DNA of 20,000 nucleotides, taken from IMG/VR virus record IMGVR_UViG_3300027763_000054; one strand, 5' to 3'. A program made the translations under genes and the position numbers. The notes below the pieces were generated by a model. It made no database searches, was not told the origin of the DNA, and was given only the letters and a program-made list of their open reading frames with translations. This DNA comes from an uncultured virus (IMG/VR IMGVR_UViG_3300027763_000054). Taxonomy: Duplodnaviria > Heunggongvirae > Uroviricota > Caudoviricetes. Every line of letters starts with the position of its first letter. The first letter of the stretch is position 1. Of the stretch, positions 8,072 to 13,613 are shown piece by piece.

Positions 8072-8520
8072 TAGACAATATTCCATTCTGTTCCATTAAA
8101 GATGAATTGTAAACTGCCATAGTTAACATTAATCGTAGCAGTACTAGCATCAACTAATTCACCACCAGTGCCTTGAATAGTAATTGGATTGTTTGCCGCA
8201 TCGCCAAAGCAATCTTTAACTATATAAACCGTGCCTAGTATGCCTGCGGGTAATGTAATTGTGACTACGCCATTGGTCAACACACATAAAAAATAATCAG
8301 TTGGCAGTGCTGTATACGTTGCAGTAGCAACATCTGTGACAGCTACTGGACTGGGATTACCTGCTGGTCCTGGAGGTCCAGGAGGTCCCGGTGGACCTAC
8401 ACCACCTCCACCATTTACATAAATGCTACCTGGTCCGCTTTCGTTGTACACCGGCGCAATTGGCCGAAAAATTGGTCTAATTATTCTCCTAATAATCGGT
8501 CGTCTATAAAAATGCATCAT
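8071..8520 (-). CDS. collagen-like (GPP) short fibre with an Arg-rich N-terminus and head domain 'B'
   Basis: ATGA overlap with the upstream stop at 8517-8520; RRPIIRRIIRPIFRP; GPPGPPGPPGPAG; YTALPTDYFL..TITLPAG..GTVYIVKD..G.A.NNPITI...INVNYGS...FNGTEWNIV. Confidence 0.8.
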   Translation of the reverse strand: MMHFYRRPIIRRIIRPIFRPIAPVYNESGPGSIYVNGGGGVGPPGPPGPPGPAGNPSPVAVTDVATATYTALPTDYFLCVLTNGVVTITLPAGILGTVYIVKDCFGDAANNPITIQGTGGELVDASTATINVNYGSLQFIFNGTEWNIV

Positions 8521-9041
8521 CGTATTGCCCATGTTGATTTAAACTGGTCAATCTTGGCCAGCACTGGAGGAATCATTTTTTCAAATATTTTCCCCTCATT
8601 TTTGTTCTTAACTTCTACATCTTCTGCAACAGGCTCTACAGGTACAGGACTAATTTGCGTTACTTCATGGTCAACCACTGGTTCAACGCTAACTGGTACC
8701 AATTCATCAGTTAATTTTGTTTCTTCAATAATTGGTTTTACTTCTTGTGGTTTAACACTTACAATGGTTGCTTCATCATTCTTCACCACATTAGGTTCTT
8801 TTTGTACTGGCCCATTTAAAAATTCACCAAGTGCCGTGGCACGAGTAACAATATCTACTTCTGTGGGATAATGCGGGAATGGTGGATATGCTAGCTTGAT
8901 GCCGCGAGTTCGCCAAGCAACATCGGCCTCGGATAGCCAACGATTATGATCTTGCGCTCGTTTATCAATATATTCGTTAATAACAAGTTCTCTTGCCATG
9001 CGAAGAAGTTCAAGTCTTGATGTTACATTATTGTTACTCAT
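8517..9041 (-). CDS. hypothetical protein; N-terminal domain paralogous to 12811-13047, followed by an acidic Pro/Val-rich tail
   Basis: RLELLRMARELV...P.FP.YPTEVDIVTRA..L.EFLN versus RLELLKMSKEML...F.PFPTEEEIIKKA..LNEFIN; GGAG SD. Confidence 0.8.
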   Translation of the reverse strand: MSNNNVTSRLELLRMARELVINEYIDKRAQDHNRWLSEADVAWRTRGIKLAYPPFPHYPTEVDIVTRATALGEFLNGPVQKEPNVVKNDEATIVSVKPQEVKPIIEETKLTDELVPVSVEPVVDHEVTQISPVPVEPVAEDVEVKNKNEGKIFEKMIPPVLAKIDQFKSTWAIR

Positions 9042-9050
9042 TGATTCTCC

Positions 9051-9302
9051 TCATCTAAGTTTATCTAAAGCAATTACTGCTATGGTTGCAAAACTGGATA
9101 ATACAGCAACCGCAATAGTAATAACTTTGGCCATAAATTTCTTCTCTTCTTGAAGTTCATTTTTTATTTTTCTAATTTCTTCATCATACTCTGCCAATTG
9201 CTGTTCATAACTCAAATGACGAGCAATGCCAAGCTCTACATGAACTGCTAGATTTTCTTTTTCTATTTCTTCTATGTTGTCAAGTTTTTCAAATTCTTTC
9301 AT
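9051..9302 (-). CDS. coiled-coil protein with a C-terminal TM helix, paralog of 9299-9553
   Basis: IEKENLAVHVE motif; hydrophobic VITIAVAVLSSFATIAVIAL; ends DKLR. Confidence 0.75.
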   Translation of the reverse strand: MKEFEKLDNIEEIEKENLAVHVELGIARHLSYEQQLAEYDEEIRKIKNELQEEKKFMAKVITIAVAVLSSFATIAVIALDKLR

Positions 9303-9553
9303 TTTATTTTATCCACTAATAAAATTGCCGCAGGTATTAATACTGCAAGTAATGTACCTCCGGCGACCATGGTTTGTATAACACTTTGCCTAGTAGAATC
9401 ATTTTCTATAACAAAGTGATCAATTTCTTTTTCAACAGCGTCAATACGATGCTCCAGTGCATTATATCGTTGTATAGAAATTTCCACATGCGCGGCCAAG
9501 TTTTCTTTTTCAATGTTGTCTGGGCTAGGAATAGTTGTTCGTGTTACAATCAT
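9299..9553 (-). CDS. coiled-coil protein with a C-terminal TM helix
   Basis: IEKENLAAHVE..QRYNALE; hydrophobic MVAGGTLLAVLIPAAILLV; ends DKIK. Confidence 0.75.
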   Translation of the reverse strand: MIVTRTTIPSPDNIEKENLAAHVEISIQRYNALEHRIDAVEKEIDHFVIENDSTRQSVIQTMVAGGTLLAVLIPAAILLVDKIK

Positions 9554-9556
9554 ATT

Positions 9557-10252
9557 TTATACCGTAAATGATAATGGAAATTGTGCAATAACTCCTCTGC
9601 TGAGAACATCAGCAAGACTGGTATAGCCGCGATTAATATGATTAGGAATACCAGTGATTACTAACTTGCTTATGTTGTCTAAACTAATGGCGTCAGCTGA
9701 TTCATCAGATGCAAATCTTGCTTTAATATTATCTGTCCAATATGCGGCCAAATTGGTAAACATATCTACTAAAAGTTCTTTAGGGAAATTTGATGGGTTT
9801 AATTCATTTAGATAATCTGCCAATTCATTGATTGGACTGATCCATAGTGTTCTAAATTGATTCAAGTCTTTTCCGTTTTGCACAGTGTGTATTGTGTCAA
9901 TGCCAATCCTAGCATACGCGGCAAGCAATGCACCAATTTTATAGCCTGCAGTCATTCCATAATATGGAACAAAAAAATCACCAATAGAGCTTGCTGCCTT
10001 GATTAGTCGTCCTTCGACTTGGCCAGCAGAATCAAGTTTGCCTTGCCTGGCAACAGAAAGATTTACCAATCCTAGAGCAAACTTTGTCCATATTGTTCTG
10101 GAATCCATGCGAAATGTCAATGTTGATTCATTTATTACAAATGTAGGCAACGGACCCGTAAATGGTTGTGCTGGGATGTCAATGCTACCTGCACTAGGTG
10201 GCACCACACCATAATGTTCTTCTTGTATATTATGTGAAACTCGTTTATACAT
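9557..10252 (-). CDS. alpha-helical hypothetical protein, paralog of 4279-4962
   Basis: R.IW...; IGDFFVPYYG..AG.KI..LL; W....ELADYL..LNP; LAD....GVIAQFP..F. Confidence 0.8.
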   Translation of the reverse strand: MYKRVSHNIQEEHYGVVPPSAGSIDIPAQPFTGPLPTFVINESTLTFRMDSRTIWTKFALGLVNLSVARQGKLDSAGQVEGRLIKAASSIGDFFVPYYGMTAGYKIGALLAAYARIGIDTIHTVQNGKDLNQFRTLWISPINELADYLNELNPSNFPKELLVDMFTNLAAYWTDNIKARFASDESADAISLDNISKLVITGIPNHINRGYTSLADVLSRGVIAQFPLSFTV

Positions 10253-10254
10253 AA

Positions 10255-10452
10255 TCAGTAGATATTAATTGGATTAGCAATTTGGTTAATTCCAGCGGCA
10301 ATTCCTGTATTTGTAACTGTCTGATTAGACAATTGACTTTGATATGCATTTATACCCAAGTAATTGTAGTATGGATTGTATGCTCCATAATATGGATATG
10401 GCATAATTGCACCAGGGCTCCTATAATAAGGATAATAGTAACTTCCAAACAT
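10255..10452 (-). CDS. Tyr/Pro-rich microprotein carrying the C-terminal motif of the 186/188 aa proteins
   Basis: MFGSYYYPYYRS..PYPYYGAYNPYYNY followed by INAYQSQLSNQTVTNTGIAAGINQIANPINIY; GGAG SD. Confidence 0.75.
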   Translation of the reverse strand: MFGSYYYPYYRSPGAIMPYPYYGAYNPYYNYLGINAYQSQLSNQTVTNTGIAAGINQIANPINIY

Positions 10453-10471
10453 TTAAATCTCCATGTTTATT

Positions 10472-10501
10472 AAAAAACAGGCTTGATAGACAAGCCTGTT
10501 T
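10472..10501 (-). terminator. intrinsic terminator inside the minus-strand operon
   Basis: 11-bp inverted repeat AAACAGGCTTG (10475-10485) / CAAGCCTGTTT (10491-10501) with a 5-nt loop; A6 at 10472-10477 is a U-tract on the minus strand. Confidence 0.75.
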
Positions 10502-10505
10502 ACTT

Positions 10506-10670
10506 TTACCAGTAGTAAGGGTAGCCGCCGTAGCCGCCATACCCACCGTAACCGTATCCACCATATGGTAGGCCAATGAAGCCTCCATAGTATGGGTAAC
10601 CGATTCCAGCGGCCAGGTAAGGACGTTGAAATCCTCCCCACCCTCTATAACCTAATCCATTAAAAAACAT
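10506..10670 (-). CDS. Gly/Tyr-rich 54 aa microprotein (not in ORF track)
   Basis: MFFNGLGYRGWGGFQRPYLAAGIGYPYYGGFIGLPYGGYGYGGYGGYGGYPYYW*; perfect AAGGAGG SD 7 nt upstream of the ATG; terminator directly downstream. Confidence 0.85.
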   Translation of the reverse strand: MFFNGLGYRGWGGFQRPYLAAGIGYPYYGGFIGLPYGGYGYGGYGGYGGYPYYW

Positions 10671-10686
10671 CTTTGTTCCTCCTTAA

Positions 10687-11253
10687 TCAACCAATGGTTG
10701 TTGGATTTGCAGACTGTACAGTACCTGCCATACTGTTGGTGTTGACTACTCGCTGTCCAGCAACTGAACTTTGAAATGCGTTAGTAGCATTAAAATTATC
10801 AGCTGTTTGTACAGCGGCATTTAACCCACCATATGCCAGGCCTAAACTTGCATAATTCAACCCACCACCAATTAAGGCAGTGTTTGTATTGATTAATGCG
10901 GTATTCAAGTTTTCTGTGTTTAGATCATTAATTAAATTACGATCACGTTCAGCTTGGCGCATTGCTTCTCGTTGAGTAGACATTGCTGTCAATCCAATTA
11001 TGGCATCAGTGCGACCTGCTGACAACATTGTTTCAAGAGTTTTCTTCGAAGCTGCCGCCTTAAGATCAGACTGAGCAGCCGCATTTCTTAATGCCACTTG
11101 CATGGCACGATTATTCACGTCTGCTGTTTGGGCTACCTGTAATTTGTAACCCTCAAATACGCTATCAGCTACCTTAGTTTTTGTTGATTCAATTTCTGTA
11201 GCCAATGCAAAGAATGGATCAATGGTGATAGTTGGAGTTGTTCCGTCAGCCAT
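10687..11253 (-). CDS. Ala/Thr/Asn/Gln-rich 188 aa protein, tandem paralog of 11267-11827; candidate major structural subunit
   Basis: Colinear with its paralog (DPF.AL..EIE.TKTKV.DS.FE.YKLQVAQT.D.NNRAMQVAL; LNT.NLNTALINTNTALIGGG.NYA.LGLAYGG.NAA); AGGAG SD. Confidence 0.85.
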   Translation of the reverse strand: MADGTTPTITIDPFFALATEIESTKTKVADSVFEGYKLQVAQTADVNNRAMQVALRNAAAQSDLKAAASKKTLETMLSAGRTDAIIGLTAMSTQREAMRQAERDRNLINDLNTENLNTALINTNTALIGGGLNYASLGLAYGGLNAAVQTADNFNATNAFQSSVAGQRVVNTNSMAGTVQSANPTTIG

Positions 11254-11266
11254 AGTATTCTCCTAA

Positions 11267-11827
11267 TTAACGAATTGTTGTTGGACTAGCTGTTTGTGTA
11301 GTACCAGTCATAGTACCAGTGTTAACTACGCCTTGTTGAGCTAATTGGCTTTGGAAAGCATTGATAGCACTTGTAGTGTTAGCACTTTGGTAAGCGGCAT
11401 TCACGCCACCGTATGCAAGACCAAGACCAGCATAATTTACGCCACCACCAATTAAGGCTGTATTTGTATTGATCAAAGCTGTGTTTAGATTTTGTGTGTT
11501 TAATGCGTTGATTAGACCACGTGTTAATTCGCCTTGTTCCATGATTGTGCGTTGAGTAGACATTGCTGTCTGTCCAATTGCGGCATCGGTACGAGCGGCA
11601 GCTAACATAGTCTGTAATGTACCATCAGCAACAGATTGCTTTAGGTCAGCCAATGCAGATGTGTCATGTAATGCCACTTGCATAGCACGGTTGTTGATGT
11701 CGTTTGTTTGAGCGACTTGTAGTTTGTAATTTTCGAAAATGCTATCAGAAACTTTGGTTTTTGTAGCTTCGATTTCTCTTGATAATGCGTAAAATGGGTC
11801 TAGCGTAAAGCTTGTCATATCAGCCAT
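11267..11827 (-). CDS. Ala/Thr/Asn/Gln-rich 186 aa protein; first structural gene of the island
   Basis: AGGAG SD; paralog of 10687-11253; C-term INAFQSQLAQQGVVNTGTMTGTTQTASPTTIR. Confidence 0.85.
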   Translation of the reverse strand: MADMTSFTLDPFYALSREIEATKTKVSDSIFENYKLQVAQTNDINNRAMQVALHDTSALADLKQSVADGTLQTMLAAARTDAAIGQTAMSTQRTIMEQGELTRGLINALNTQNLNTALINTNTALIGGGVNYAGLGLAYGGVNAAYQSANTTSAINAFQSQLAQQGVVNTGTMTGTTQTASPTTIR

Positions 11828-11844
11828 ATTATATCTCCTAGGAT

Positions 11845-11873
11845 GTTAAGAATGATTATCATTCATTCTTAAC
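11845..11873. promoter_or_regulatory. 11-bp inverted repeat enclosing a Fur-box-like core; candidate operator or 5'UTR hairpin
   Basis: GTTAAGAATGA-ttatcat-TCATTCTTAAC; minus strand 11851-11863 reads AATGATAATCATT. Confidence 0.5.
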
Positions 11874-11925
11874 TACTTAGAAGCAAAATCAGCTGATGCT
11901 ATATTGACATGGTCGACGGTCGACT

Positions 11926-12558
11926 TCAGTTAGAAAACAATGCTAACTGTGTTCTGTTTCTTACTTTATACTTTTTCAGGATACTGGTAATGTGAAGCTT
12001 AACTGTACTTTCGGTAATGTTAAGCATACGAGCAATGGACTTATTGCTAGCGCCACGTTGTTGTATAATGGTTAGGATTTCTCGCTGACGTGGCGTAAGT
12101 TGAATCTCATTGAGTGTTTTAATTTTAGGTTCGACGAGTTTCTGTATAGTTGGAGAAATATATACTATTCCAGTTTTTAAAGACAAAAAAATCTCGGATA
12201 AATGATCTAAATCATCTGATCCGAGTATGGCGTTTACATCGTCTCTGGCAATAGTTGATTTTATTTGTCTTATATTGGCGGAGTTATCAAATACTACTGC
12301 TACTTTTGGCCCAATGTTTTCTGGCATATATTTTTTAAAACAACAAATTACTGCCTTGGCAATGTGAAGATCATCAAATAATTGTGTGTAATTTTGTTTG
12401 TATAGATCACCTGAATCTAGGATTATTAAATTTGGATTATTATTTAACGATAGCTCGTCTAACACTTGATTAACGGTTGAGTAATACTCAACTGTCACCC
12501 CAATTGGTATGTGGGCCAGTGTATTTTTTGTTACAACTGCGGCCTTTAATTGGTTCAT
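11926..12558 (-). CDS. LuxR/NarL-family transcriptional regulator (degenerate receiver-like N-domain + GerE-type HTH)
   Basis: C-term LTPRQREIL....GASNKSIARMLNITESTVKLHITSILKKYKVRNRTQLA; N-term PNLIILD and YISP; AGGAG SD. Confidence 0.9.
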   Translation of the reverse strand: MNQLKAAVVTKNTLAHIPIGVTVEYYSTVNQVLDELSLNNNPNLIILDSGDLYKQNYTQLFDDLHIAKAVICCFKKYMPENIGPKVAVVFDNSANIRQIKSTIARDDVNAILGSDDLDHLSEIFLSLKTGIVYISPTIQKLVEPKIKTLNEIQLTPRQREILTIIQQRGASNKSIARMLNITESTVKLHITSILKKYKVRNRTQLALFSN

Positions 12559-12810
12559 AAATTTCTCCTATCATACATTTGTATGGTTTATATATTTTGT
12601 AAATCTTACTAAAATAATTATAAACATTTACCATGGAGAACACAATAGCAATGTACTATGTACGATAGTATATATTTGCTAAAAGTTGCTTTATGGCAAA
12701 ATGCGTTTGGTCATTGAACACATAGATGGTCGTACAAGTAAGTTCTGCGTTTATAATTAATTTTGTAGAACACAAGTTTTACGCACACACTCAAACACAG
12801 GAGAACTATA

Positions 12811-13047
12811 ATGAGTACAATTGCCCCTAACGGCTACACCATTCGTCTTGAACTACTCAAGATGTCAAAAGAAATGCTAGAGCAAGACTGGCATGCACAT
12901 CGCGAAGCGGTAATGACAGATTACCATACCAAAGCTTCAAAAGACGAAAATGTTGTACCACCTGCCCCAACCTTCAAACCTTTCCCTACCGAGGAAGAGA
13001 TTATCAAGAAGGCCAAGGTTCTAAACGAATTTATCAATACAAAATAA
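12811..13047 (+). CDS. hypothetical phage protein ('IRLELLKM' type), paralog of the 8517-9041 N-domain
   Basis: AGGAG SD after an ACAC-rich leader; motifs YTIRLELLKMSKEML and FPTEEEIIKKA. Confidence 0.8.
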   Translation: MSTIAPNGYTIRLELLKMSKEMLEQDWHAHREAVMTDYHTKASKDENVVPPAPTFKPFPTEEEIIKKAKVLNEFINTK

Positions 13048-13093
13048 GATAAACTAGTTTAGCCAAAAGGAGTCTATATGGTAATCAACTATA

Positions 13094-13122
13094 TAGACTT
13101 TCTATTGAATGCTTGTTATAAT
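13094..13122 (+). promoter_or_regulatory. sigma70-type promoter; the -35 overlaps an inverted repeat
   Basis: TAGACT-17bp-TATAAT with TG; AGTCTATAT (13071-13079) / ATATAGACT (13091-13099); palindrome CATCAC-taa-GTGATG at 13131-13145. Confidence 0.65.
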
Positions 13123-13167
13123 TGTTATACCATCACTAAGTGATGTATCAAAAATAAGGAAATTAAA

Positions 13168-13446
13168 ATGTTAAAGAAATTCGACGAAAACACAAAACAG
13201 TATAAATTGTTCAAAGCTTTGGTTATCAATGGTGAGTCATTGACAGAAGCCGCAATCCAAAAGCGTTTTGGCATCAAGAACCCAACTGCTACAATCAGCG
13301 TTATCCGTCAACGTGGTTATGCAGTTTATGCTAACCCACGTAAGGCAGGCAATGGCGTTCAAGTTACTGAGTATCGTCATGGTGAAGCCAGCCGCCGCAT
13401 GGTTGCTTTGGCATACAAGGCCCAAAGCATGGGCATCACAATCTAA
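13168..13446 (+). CDS. small winged-HTH-like DNA-binding protein
   Basis: GESLT.AAIQKRFGIKNPTATISVIRQRGYAVY...YR pattern, typical of phage wHTH proteins. Confidence 0.65.
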   Translation: MLKKFDENTKQYKLFKALVINGESLTEAAIQKRFGIKNPTATISVIRQRGYAVYANPRKAGNGVQVTEYRHGEASRRMVALAYKAQSMGITI

Positions 13447-13469
13447 TTTGCTTAAAAATTAGACAGATT

Positions 13470-13492
13470 AGCCCCTTAAATGGGGCTTTTTT
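13470..13492 (+). terminator. intrinsic terminator
   Basis: AGCCCC-ttaaat-GGGGCT followed by TTTTT. Confidence 0.85.
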
Positions 13493-13553
13493 GTGGCTGT
13501 AGCATAAAAACAACAGAAAACCACACTTTTTATAGGGTTTTTGATAAAAATGG

Positions 13554-13582
13554 TTGACTCTTGGTTCAAAACCGCATATAAT
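13554..13582 (+). promoter_or_regulatory. sigma70-type early promoter (near-copy of the 1780 cassette)
   Basis: TTGACT-17bp-TATAAT; flanks resemble 1750-1842. Confidence 0.85.
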
Positions 13583-13613
13583 ACATACATGTCAACACAA
13601 AAGGGAGTTTATA

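Noticed and set aside
4997..8520. Diversity-generating retroelement or invertible tail-fibre cassette as the source of the fibre paralogs
   Set aside because: No reverse transcriptase or invertase in the window, no near-identical TR/VR pair or inversion sites seen, and the paralogs are highly diverged.
4650..10473. Plus-strand ORFs inside the island (e.g. 5292-5732, 6794-7123, 8512-8871, 9999-10214)
   Set aside because: They are antisense shadows of minus-strand genes that have SDs, coupling and paralogy.
10453..10641. ORF-track 62 aa Arg/Trp/Leu-rich ORF (MGRISTSLPGRW...)
   Set aside because: It is a shadow frame of the Gly/Tyr-rich gene 10506-10670, which has the SD, and it would run through the terminator.
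10255..10670. RiPP/bacteriocin precursor interpretation of the Tyr/Gly-rich peptides
   Set aside because: No modifying enzymes, transporter or leader/core structure nearby, and one peptide shares the structural C-terminal tag. Not strictly excluded.
10687..11827. Assignment as R-body (Reb), curlin, flagellin or gas-vesicle proteins
   Set aside because: Only compositional resemblance; I could not find the family signatures, and there is no signal peptide.
11926..12558. AHL quorum-sensing LuxR receptor
   Set aside because: The N-domain lacks the conserved Trp/Tyr/Asp-Pro autoinducer-binding residues (it has no Trp) and looks receiver-like.
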